Assembly: GCA_016748015.1 (NCBI GenBank)
Contig: JAAOMT010000523.1
Coordinates: forward strand, 551,719-615,718
Length of the DNA stretch: 64,000 bases
From: Geosiphon pyriformis uo1
Taxonomy: Eukaryota; Fungi; Glomeromycota
Direction of reading: 5' to 3'
Shown here: piece by piece, positions 12,552 through 23,522 of the stretch
Position numbering within the stretch: position 1 is the first letter of the stretch
How the letters are laid out: each line of letters opens with the position of its first letter
The notes under the pieces: model-generated
Databases searched by the model: none
Seen by the model: only the letters and a program-made list of their open reading frames with translations
What the model was told of the DNA's origin: nothing
Position numbers and translations under genes: made by a program

Positions 12552-14336
12552 TTAGGTTTGTGGCATCTTCAACAAACTGTTAGCATTGGTGTTCTTGGAT
12601 TCTTCTTTGTAATAGACTTTAAGTGGGAATTGCTGCAAATAAGTACTTCATCTTGCATATTTTTCTTTCAGTTATGGGTTATTGAGTAACCAAATAAGTC
12701 TTTTATGATCTGTATATAGATCAAATAGTTGACTGAGATGGTGTTTCCACGTTTGTACTGTCCAATAGATGGCAAGACATTCTAGATCTATTGTGCTGTA
12801 GATTTTTTTAGCTGGATTTGTGCTATGACTAGCATATGTAATTGAATGTTCTCTGTCATCTGGTTTTATTTGTAACATGATGGCTCCTAGTGTGTTCTTT
12901 GAGGCATCTGTAGCAACAATGAAATGTTTAGTAAAATTGGAGTAGATTAATATTGGGGATGTAATCAATCACTGCTTAAGATAGTTGAAGACTTTTTGTT
13001 GATCTTTCTTTTACAGATATGGCACATATTTGAACAACAAGTGGTGAAGAAGTTTTGCAATAGCTGAAATCCCTTTGACAAATTGGCAGTAGTATTTTGT
13101 CAATCCTAAAAATTCTTATAACTTTTGAAAGTTGATTGGAGCTGAGAAATCTTTAACTTTTTGGATCTTATCTAGATTGGATTTGACTCTGTCTTTGCTA
13201 ATTACATGTTCTAGGAATTTCAACTTGGTTTTCCCAAAGAAACATTTCTTAGGATTGAGTTTTAATCTGGCATTTTAAAGGCATTCAAAGACTTGTTAAA
13301 GATGGAGCAAATAATCATCAAATGTTTTAGAGAATATGTTTGTGTTATTTAAATAAACTATAACTGATTTCCAAAAAATTTCTTTGTACACAGCATCTAT
13401 AAAACATTAGAATGTGGCAAGAACATTGCAGAGTCTAAAAAGCATTACATTGAACTTGAAGTTTCTATCTTGAGTGGTAAATACTGTTTTTCCTTTATCT
13501 TTTGGATCCATTTCGACTTGTTAATATCTGCTGGCTAGGTCTAATAATAAAAACCATTTCTTTTTTCCTAGATTGTTCAAGATTTTTTGGATGAAGGAAG
13601 TGAGATAACTATCTTCTTGGGTAACACTATTTAATTTTTGGTAATCTATGCAAAATTATATCTTTCCATTTTTCTTAGTGACCAAGACTATTGGGAAAGA
13701 CCAAGAGCTTAATTATTTCTTAATTAAGCTGTTATTAAGTATTCATTGGACTTCTTGTTTGATAAGATTGTCACCAGATAGAAGTATTTAGTAAGCCTAT
13801 TGTTTAATAGATTGAATGTTTCCCATATTAATCTGATGCTTTACAATGTTGGTATGTTCAAACTCATTTTCACTTGCAAAGACATCAGCATATTAATTTA
13901 AAAAAATCTTGAGTTGTATTTGCTGCAAAATACTTAAGTTTCCAAGATTCAATTTATTGATCTCTTCTAACATTAACAAGTAACTTTTTTTTGGCAAGTT
14001 TTATACTTATAAGGTAATATTGCAAAATAAGAATAGCTGTGCAAAATCTGGAATGGGCTGGGGTTTTTCAGAATATTGGATGTCTGGTGAGATGAAACCA
14101 ATGAAAGTCTCTTCAGAGATTTCAATTACACCTTTATGGGGTTGTGGATGGGGATTTTGAAGTGTTTATAAACTTTAATCAGTAGATATAAGTTAGTAAC
14201 ATCAGCTAGGGAACAGATTTCAGGTTCAGCTTCAAATAACAGGGCTTAATCTTGGATTTTTTGATTCATCTTGAGGATGTATTGTCAATAAGAAGGGATG
14301 GAAATAACTGTGTTGGTATAAATAAGTTTTATCTGG
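12552..14336 (-). pseudogene. pol: RT-RNase H portion of B pol
   Basis: CIDYQKLN, LDLASRY and VATDAS..LGAIM..ITYAS motifs; ends NANSLLKMPQT-TAA. Confidence 0.87.
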
Positions 14337-15174
14337 TATTACAGGTGATTATTTGGGGTCTCAAATCAAATAACAAACCCGTAACTTGGTGCTGGATTGA
14401 TATTTTGGCATTGATTTCTGAAGATTCTGTTGATTTGAAGGTTTTGTTGTGGAGATCTTTGTATAATAGACAGAGATTCAGTTGTTGTTTTAGTAGCCTC
14501 CTGGAATCACAATTCTGTCGAATTTTTTTTTAGTGTGGTAGCTGGTAATTCTCTTGGTAAGCTATTCTTAAATCTATGAGTGTTCTATCCTTGTTTTATG
14601 GGTTTTTTACCAGTCTCTATGACATCTGTATTCCAGTGCTTAATTTTTTAATCAATTAGTAAATAATATCAAAGAAAATAAAAAAAAATAAAAAATAAGA
14701 AATAAGCCAAGGCAATAATGGTTAGTATCCTGTCAATAACCATGATCAAAAGCTATTGTTCTAGTGTGATTAAGTATCAATTACTATCAACATAAAGTGT
14801 TGATAGTAGAGAGTAGATTTGAGATAAAAAATAATTATTTATTGATATTTGTGAGTTAAAAAATCACTTAGATCAAATTTAAACTGAGAGGTCTGTTTTT
14901 TTTTATTTTTAATGCTACCACTATATATACATAATTGAAATTTCTCAATTCCTCAATACTTTACACCAGAAATTCTAGAATTTCTGGAATTTTGCAATTC
15001 TTTTGAGAAAAATTTTGGAATTCTGGAATCCTGCAATTCTTTGTATAAGAATCTTGAAATTCCTGAAATTCTGCAATTTCTCTGAAAAAAATCCTGAAAT
15101 TCCATATTTTACTACAGTTACTTCTGATTGACTAATTTATATGTTAATTTACTTTCTATATTCTATAAGTAACA
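14337..15174 (-). repeat. 3' LTR of C
   Basis: Starts TGTTACTT after the PPT and ends gagaccccaaataatcacctgtaata; U3 carries ggaattcc/gaatttc-type repeats. Confidence 0.88.
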
Positions 15175-15188
15175 TTATTTTCTTCTCT

Positions 15189-15807
15189 TTAATATTAAGC
15201 TCCATCAAGATCTCCTAATTCTAATTCTCTGTCTTTAAGTATTTTTTGAACTTTTTTTCAAGAATTACTTGTGCTATCTTGTTCTGTAATTTTTCAAATT
15301 AAATATTTGTTATTTTTCCCATTTGGTTAATGGTAATGAAGTTTATTTCTGGATTGAGTAAGATTTCTGAAATTCAGTGTGTAGCCAATAAATGGCTTTT
15401 GCTTGTATGGTTAAATTGTTCTTCCTCATAAATTGTTTCAGTTGTTGCAGTATTGTTGTGTCAAATAATTATTTTGTCTTATTCATATACAAGCTCTGAA
15501 TGTTCAAGTGTCATCCCAAATAAAAGTAACAAAAGTTTTTTGGAAATTGTTGTATCTACCAATTCCAAGTTTCTATAGTCAATTCTTGATATTGGGTGAT
15601 TTTTGATTGTGTTTCTATTGCCAATTTTACTTTTGTAATTATTTTGTTCATAGTATTCTCTGTTTTTCTCTGTATTTTATTTTATGGTTTTTTTCTGGTG
15701 TTTGTGTATTTGATAGTTTGTTGGTTGATTGTGATTTCCATCTCTTGTTGTTGTATTAGTTAAAAAAATTGTTGTGCTAGTGAGTGAATGTTGTTAGTAA
15801 TCTCCAT
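15189..15807 (-). pseudogene. ORF3 of C
   Basis: MEITNNIHSLAQQFF..MEITINQQTIKY..GA(Q)Y*; TATATAA upstream at ~15843-15850. Confidence 0.75.
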
Positions 15808-15862
15808 TTTTCTGCTGTTTTTTTATTGCATATCCTGTGTTTTTATATATTTTTTTGGTTGT

Positions 15863-17245
15863 TCAATTTTATGTGTTTGGTTCAATGATTATAATTGGTT
15901 TTAGATCTTGTGAAATTTTATCTGGTTTGACTAGTATTCTTTGTACTCCTAATTGTGGAATATTAATGATAGATAATAATACTATATGGTGATATTGTTT
16001 TAGTTAATTACCATATGCTGCTTTGGTTAAGATTTTGTTGTTTAACTTTAATTTATAAGCTTCATTTCTAAGAATTTCTTCTATGTAAAATGGTCTGTCC
16101 CATTTGGGGTCAAATTTTTCATTCCATTATTTTTCTGCTTTAGTACAATATAAAAGTACTTTGTCTCCAATATTGAATTCAACTGGTTTCTCTAGTAGTT
16201 GGTTATTATGTATTTTTTTTTGTTTTTTTTGTGACTTTTGGATGTTATCAGCTGCTCTTCACTGTGTGTTTTCTAGTGTCTTCATTAAGTCATATGTTCT
16301 TTTTAACAATGTTCTTTAAAAATTCTCTTCTGTTATTAATTCTGTTGAATATGTCTTGACTTCTATTTTAACTGATAATATTGCAGTTCTACTGTATATT
16401 AATTCAAATGGTGTTGTTTGTGTAGTGTTTTGTTTTATTGTCCAATAAGCAAATAATATTAATGGTATAATTAAATTCTATTTGTCCTGGTTTTCTTGGC
16501 TGATTTTTTTAATAGCTTCACACAATGTTCTATTAAACCTTTCAACTAACTCATTTGTTTATAGATAGTATAATAATGATAATGGTCTTTTTATTTCAAA
16601 TCTTTGACTTAATTCTGCCAATGTTCTATTTACAAAGTGAGTTTTTTGATCTGATAGTAGTTCTTTTGGACATTTGTGTCAACAGATCAAATCTTGATGA
16701 ATGAATTCAGCAATAGATTCTGCATTTGCTCTTTGAATGGCTTTTGCTTCTGGCCATTTAGTGATATAGTTTATGGCTACTGCAATATATTTGTTGTCTC
16801 TGCTGGTTATTGTTAATAGTTCGACTAAGTCAATTCCAATACAATCAAATAGTTGTCCCACTTTGATTGGTCTCAATAGTTCACTGGGTTTTGTTCCACT
16901 TTTTCTTTGACAAGCATTACAATTTTGAACATATTGAATAATGTCCAGATATATTGATGGCCAATAGTATCTTTTTCTGGTTTTTTCTATGGTTGCTTTT
17001 TTGTGAAAATGTCCTGCTGTTGGGTCTGAATACATGTTGAATAATATTGTCTCTTTTTTTAGTTTTGTGATTACTCTGGTTGATTGATCTAGATTTTTTT
17101 TGTTCTTTTAGTAAAGTATATTTTGATGGTTGATAAAATATTTTGATTGCTGTTTTATATTGTTTTGTTCTTTTTGAGATAATTTCTTCTTGAACAATTG
17201 GATATTTATATAATATTAGAGTTGTTGGTATTTTTGTATATTCAT
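15863..17245 (-). pseudogene. int: Integrase ORF of C
   Basis: MYSDPTAGHF..CNAC..IGIDLV..TKWPEAKA. Confidence 0.9.
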
Positions 17246-17276
17246 GTTTTGTTATATTTTTGGGTTTAAAATGTTT

Positions 17277-20121
17277 TTAGATTTGTTTTATTTGTAACAA
17301 TCTGTCAGCATTTCTGTTTTCTTTTCTTTTTTTATAATGTACTGTATAATTAAATAGTGAAAGTTCTATTTTTCATCTAACATGACAATTATCTACAAAT
17401 TCTTGTTTCTGAATTGAAATCAATCCTTTGTGATTGGTATATGCATCAAACTTTTAACTCAAGTATTTTTTCTATTTAATAACAGTCCAATAGATAGCTA
17501 AGTGTTCCAGTACTGGAGTTTTATAGTTTTTTTCTGCTGGACTTAAGCTTCTACTGACATAAGCTACTGGATGTTCTCTTCTATTTAGTTCTTTCTGCAA
17601 TAGTACTACTTCCAATGCTTGGTCTGATGTATTAGTGGTGATGATAAATGGTTTGCTGTGATTTGAATACATCAACACTGGAGCTTGAATAAGCTTTCTT
17701 TTCATTGTGTTGAATGCTTTTTGTTGAGCTTTTGTCCATTTATATTTTACATTCTTAGTTTGTAAATGATGAAGTAGCTGAGCCAGTTTAGAAAAGTTTT
17801 TAATAAAATGGTAATAATATCCAGCAAATTCTAAGAAGCTCTTAGTTCTGTCAAGTTGGTTGGTATTAAAAAATTCTTTACTATTGTGATCTTATCTGGA
17901 TTCATTTTGATACCATCTTTGCTTACAACATGTCCCAAAAACTTGAGTTCTGTTTTTCCAAAGAAGTATTTGTTGGCATTTAGTTTCAATTCTGCTTGTC
18001 TAAGTCTTTCAAATACTTGTTGGAGATAATACAAATAATCATCAAATGTTTTTGAGAACATATTGGTGTTATCTAAGTATACGATTACTGATTTCTATAG
18101 TAGTCCAGTATAGACAATTTCCATAAGTCTTTGGAAAGTGGCTGGAGTATTTATCAAGCCAAATAGCATAACTTTGAATTCAAAATTCTTTTTTCATGTT
18201 GTAAAAACTGTTTTCTCTTTATCTTCTAGTTTCATGGCTACCTACCAATAACTGCTGTCTAAGTCCAAAGTTGAGAACCATTTTTTTCCTCCAAAAGCAT
18301 CAAACAGTTCTTGGATCTTTGAAATTGGGTAACTATCTCCTTTTGTTACTCCATTCAGTTTTCAGTAATCCACACAAAAGTGGATTTTTCTATTTTTCTT
18401 ATGGACTAGTACCATTGGTAATGACTATGGACTCATTGATGGCTGAATTAGCCTGTTGTCAAACATCTGATTGATTTCTTAACAAATAATCTTATGGCTA
18501 GCTAGTGGTATTCTGTATGCTCTCTGTTTAATTGGCATTGCATCTCCAGTTTTGATTTAATGTTAGATGATGTTAGTTCTGCCAAATTTGTTTTCACTGG
18601 CAAAGATGTTATTGAAATTGTTGAGTAGTATTTTAAGTTGCATATGTTATAATGAGTCCTAAATTTTCCAAGTTCATCTGTTCCAATTGTTTTGGTTAAA
18701 GCAGATAACATTTTTTTCGTCCATATATAATTTAAGATGTGATATCTACATATCTACACAATTATAAAAAGTCTAGAATAGTATTTGGCAGTTGGTCTTC
18801 AATTTTGGTGGTTAAGTATCCAATAGTAGTTCTTTTTGGTATCTTGATGACATTTCCTGTGTTGTTGTAAATGGTGATTTTGATGTAACTGTAGTTCTTG
18901 ACTGGTATGTGTAGATTGACTAATCCAATTTCTCCTAATTCACAAAGTGTTACTTCTGCCTTAAAAATCTGAGCTTGGTCTTTTATTTTTCTTTTTATAA
19001 CTATTATGTACTGGTCATATGATGAAATGGAAATTGGTTGATAAGTGAAGATAATTTTTCCCTTGTCAATAATCTCTTCTTCTGCCATATTGACTAGTAT
19101 ATTTATTCTATCCATTAATTTGAATTCTTGTATCTCTCTTGTTGTTATCCCTAATTCTTCTTTGTTTTCCACTAATACTAATTAAGCTATTTTAACCAGA
19201 GACAGGAATATTGCCTATGTTATCTTTTTGTTTAGATCTATAATATATGTCTTTTCTGAGTTATTTTGTAGCATGGCAATGATATTTCCTACATATTTTG
19301 CATCAATTATTTCTCCCTTGATGTTGATTCCTTTTTTGGCTAAGCTACTCCTAAATACTAACTAAACTATTGTTGTTATTAGAATTTCCAGTGCTATTTT
19401 GAGATCAATGCAGGTGCATGAATGGGGTTCCAATTTGATGAGATCTTTTCTCAGATATCTTAGATCAAACTCTACATTAGTATTATGCACACGTTTTGGC
19501 ATAATAGTTTCATTATTATCACTAAACCATTTAAGTTTCTGTTTCTTAGTGAGATTAGGAAGTGCGATGTATGTTTTGGCACTTGAATCAGAGTTTGAAT
19601 TATCATAACTTTTGTGGTCATTTGGAACAGAGTTGGAACTATTATTTTTGTCATTATCATTGTCAGAGTTTGAATCAGAATTGAAAGTTGATTTTGATTT
19701 TAATGTGCAGCTGCTGATTGGTTCTTCTTCTTCCAAGATTGTGTAGATCATGCATGTTAAATTGTAAATGAGGTCACATTCATTACAATATTGGAAGTCA
19801 TATGGAATCAAACAATGGTCATATAGTCTTGTGTTTATTTCTTTTAAACATTGTTCTTGCTCTTTTCTTGTTGGTGCTAAGTTTTAATAGTGCTCATGAA
19901 ACTCTTCTGGACTTGTTTCTATGTTGAGAAAAACATCTGGATTTGGGATAAGTATGATGTCAACTGGTTTTGGGGGATTATTCTTAATTTCTAGAATTTT
20001 GCTGGGTATGGTTCCTTTGACTTTGGCATTTGCCATTTTCCAGATTTCATCTTTGTCATGTGAGTAGCCATTCAAGCAGGTTATTGCTTGGTGCCAGGCT
20101 GCAGTAATAGGAGTACTATGA
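17277..20121 (-). pseudogene. pol: pol of C: Cys-rich tail, dUTPase, RT, RNase H
   Basis: ORF-track pieces FQYCNECD, VEFDLRY, KFLGHVVSKDG, HPVAYVSRSL. Confidence 0.9.
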
Positions 20122-20995
20122 TGTTATGGTTTAAGAATTTAGCAAAAGAATTATAAAAATAATATAAACTATTCAATTATAATATAGCACAGTAATAATT
20201 TTAGAAAGGTAATAATTAACATAGTAGCAAAACATCATCTCGTAATAGTGGCAAGCACCAGTTCACAATAGCAGCCAACACCAATTGGTCATAGCAGCAA
20301 ACATCAGGTTAAAATATCAAAAAAAAAGCATTACAATGTGTTTTTTTGTAGAACTACAAACATGTATATATATAGTAGCTTTAATATTGAGAAAAGTTAA
20401 TTAAGTAATAAAAATCATAACTCATCAAGCAATAGATCCAATTTATTCAACAAACTCCACTTAAATCATACCTTTAAATTAAATATCCCAAAAAATCTTT
20501 AAATCAAAAAGAAATGAAAAAAAATATTTAAAACTGAATTATCACAACCCCAAAGTAGTAAGAAACTTACTTGTGTTAATTATTAAATAAAACTATCATT
20601 CATCAGTTGAATCCTTTGAAAGAATAATCCCTGATCAAGATTATTCACGTTGTTACTAATTGATAAAAGCTTTATTGTGAAAATTAAAAAAAGCACTAAA
20701 AGCCATTAACATTCTGTGTTTTTAAATTAGAGAAACACATCAGGCAATTGCAAGGATAGCCTCAAAGAAAACCCCAGACAGTGGGTAAATTTCAGTTCAG
20801 CCTCTAAAAAGGATTACATAAACATACACAACAATCAGGAATTGAGAAATAACTTACATCATGACATTAAAGAGAAAGCCTTCAGTATAACAGTAACATT
20901 ATCACACAAATAGAATTGAGGAACTCATAAGAGACTGATTGCAATTAAGATGGGATATCAGCAATTAAATATACTAAGAAAACCATTTCGTAACA
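20122..20995 (+). repeat. 5' LTR of E1
   Basis: Inverted homologue at 54821-55616; TG..CA termini; PBS follows. Confidence 0.88.
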
Positions 20996-21077
20996 TTTGG
21001 TGAATCTTATGAGGAAAGAAAATTAAAAAAGAAATAATAATTAGCAATAATTCATTGCTAAAAAAGAAAAGACAAAA

Positions 21078-22494
21078 GTGGTAACAAAAACTTCTAATCT
21101 TACTGTTCTTGAATTCTGCTATGCTATTTACACACAAAATCAAAGTGATCTTAGATTACCAGAAGGGTGTTGTCCAGCAGAATCTGCCCTCACTTATTAT
21201 ATCAATGCCAGAATAAATTATTATATAGGAAAAGAAGAAGAACTACACGACGCAAAACTTGAATTGTATAGAGAATTATCACAATATACTACAAAGAAAG
21301 TAGCAGTAATAGCCACAACTATTGTCAAAATCCATTGAGAAATTGAGCAATATGCCAATGAAAATTTTCTAATATCCACAGGAAACACTAGGGAACATGC
21401 CAACAAAACCAAAGAAAATTTAGAAACTAATCAGAAAAGTAACCAGCAAAAACTAGGAACATCTGCTCAAACACCAAAGAAAACTGTTACTCAATTAATA
21501 AAAAAACAATGTATTTATTCACCAGAAAATAAATCATACCATTTTTTACCAGAAAATAAAATACAAATTCTATTAGGAGCTGCATCATCATCAACATTAA
21601 CTTCACAAATGTCAAGAACTCCTAGTTATACTGATAAAATTAAACAATGTAACTGGAGAAACATACCAATTACAGAAAAATATTCATTGTTATTCCAAAA
21701 CTCTCTTTTTCAGCCAAAATTTGGAACAGGTTTTGAAAACCATGAAGAAAAGTCTGAATCAGAATCCGAAAAAGAGACCAGCAAAAAAACAATTACAAGA
21801 CCAGTTATTGGAACAAGCAGCCAGTCCAGAAACTAAAAAACTTATAATCAAGAAGAAGAACCGAATATAAGGAAAGCCACCTTTAAAAATGCTCAAGGAA
21901 ATATCATTCTACTTCCTTTTAGACCAATAAGTCCACCAGCAGAAAATGGTGACAAAATGATCACACCATATATTACAAGACTAACAGATTTTTCAAAAGA
22001 GGAAGAAGAAACGGACATGCACACATAGTTCAGAGAAGTGCAAAAAGCCATCCAGGCAAATAACTGGAGTGACCAAAGAGCAATTCAAACATTATCTTTC
22101 TTCCTGAAAGGCACAGTCGACTTGTAGTATCAAAGCCTGAAAACAAAACCCATGAGCTTCACTGAATTTAAAAATGCACTCCTGAAGTATTTTAGCAACC
22201 CAAACACCATAATCCAACTACAGAATGAATTCAATACTATCAAGCAAAGTACTGGTAAAACTGTCACCCAATACCTTGCTCGATTCAATTGAATTTGCCA
22301 TCAGATTGAAGTGATTGAACAAGGATACTACATTGATTTTCAGGTTTTAAATCAGTTTATTAGAGGATTAAAAAGCGGCATTTTAGGAAGAATATGCCCT
22401 GCCCACCCTAATTCTTTACCAGAAGCCATTACACTTGCCAGAGCTCTTGAATCAGCTGAGAAAGAAGCTAACCATAGTCAAATAATTAACATAG
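21078..22494 (+). pseudogene. gag: gag (5' part) of E1
   Basis: GTG-initiated VTKTSNLTVLEF..; capsid motifs; nonsense codons. Confidence 0.82.
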
Positions 22495-23475
22495 TGTTAT
22501 CAGTAGAATTTTAGCTATTAATTAGCAGGAAAATTACCCTTATAATTCCTATAATTAATTAGTATATTAATATCATTCCAAATTATCATTTATTATTTAA
22601 TCAATTATCACATATCACGATTTAATTAAATAATCCAATTAGTATAACAGAAAGTAAAATGATCAAATTACACAATACCCTGAACTTTGTAACATTCAAA
22701 AATTCGCCAAAATTTACAAAAATTCGCCGAAATCTATAAGAAATTCGCCGAAATTATGAATAGTTCACCCAAATTAATCAATAGTTCAGCAAAATAACTT
22801 GTAGTCCATCAAAATGTATCTTTAGTTTGCCAAAATTTGAGCAAAGAGAAAAAGTGCAAGTTCATAGACTAATACTACAACAAGTTGTAAAAAAGAAGAG
22901 CTTTTTTCTTCAAGAAAATGTATCTTACTTTAGATTTATCACTTAGAACCATTCCTACACACACAAAAAGAAATAAATATCAAATAATTCGAAAAACCAA
23001 ATTCTTTAATTATTGTACTTGGAAAATCCCCAAAACCCAATTAACGTTTTGAAATTGATTAGCTACCAATTTCAGTAAACTGTTAGTGACTCCAGGCCTG
23101 TATAGAAAACGTTTCTCTTAACAGAATTCAATTTCTTTTACTTTTCTTTTATTTTCTTATTATAATAATTAGGATAGCCTACAGACAAGATTCTTATAGA
23201 AGAGTTGACTTTCACAACAAAGTAACTACACATTTTTAGTAAGCTTCCAGACGAGCAATTTTTGGGAAAGAGTTGACATTTACTATAACATAACTACATA
23301 AAATAACTGGCAAAAAATTGGTCATTCTACTTAGAAGCCCAGCAGTTCAAATTATAGGAGATAATTTGAAGATAAATTCAGTTACTGGAGGTCCAACTAC
23401 TTCCTGGAAACGTGAATTCATAGCAAATTAACATTAACAACATTCAAGAAAAGAGACCAAAAACCACCAGTAAGA
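22495..23475 (+). repeat. 5' LTR of D1
   Basis: Near-identical to 31417-32406, 34983-35970 and 43791-44798. Confidence 0.95.
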
Positions 23476-23495
23476 TTTGGTGCTCTTTCACGGAA
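23476..23495 (+). promoter_or_regulatory. Primer-binding site (TGGTGCTC...)
   Basis: TGG-initiated, 2 nt after the LTR end; complementary to a tRNA 3' end ..GAGCACCA; tRNA identity not determined. Confidence 0.8.
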
Positions 23496-23522
23496 ATAAC
23501 ACAGCAAACAACAAACTTCAAA

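Larger units (their letters stand above)
9301..14336 (-). mobile_element. Gypsy copy B (3' half: RT-RH, IN, ORF3, 3' LTR), interrupted by C
   Basis: VATDAS RNase H motif, integrase tail FKIGDQVLLY..KQWSGKF, PPT aaaaaaagagggataa. Confidence 0.9.
14337..20121 (-). mobile_element. Gypsy copy C (Cys-rich tail, dUTPase, RT-RH, IN, ORF3, 3' LTR), interrupted by E1
   Basis: pol nearly colinear with A and F; 3' LTR 14337-15174 with adjacent PPT. Confidence 0.92.
20122..22494 (+). mobile_element. Gypsy copy E1 (5' LTR, PBS, 5' gag), interrupted by D1
   Basis: LTR 20122-20995 (TGTTA..TAACA), then TTTGGTGAATCTTATGAGG PBS; gag with capsid-like QFIRGLK..PNSLPEAITLAR. Confidence 0.88.
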
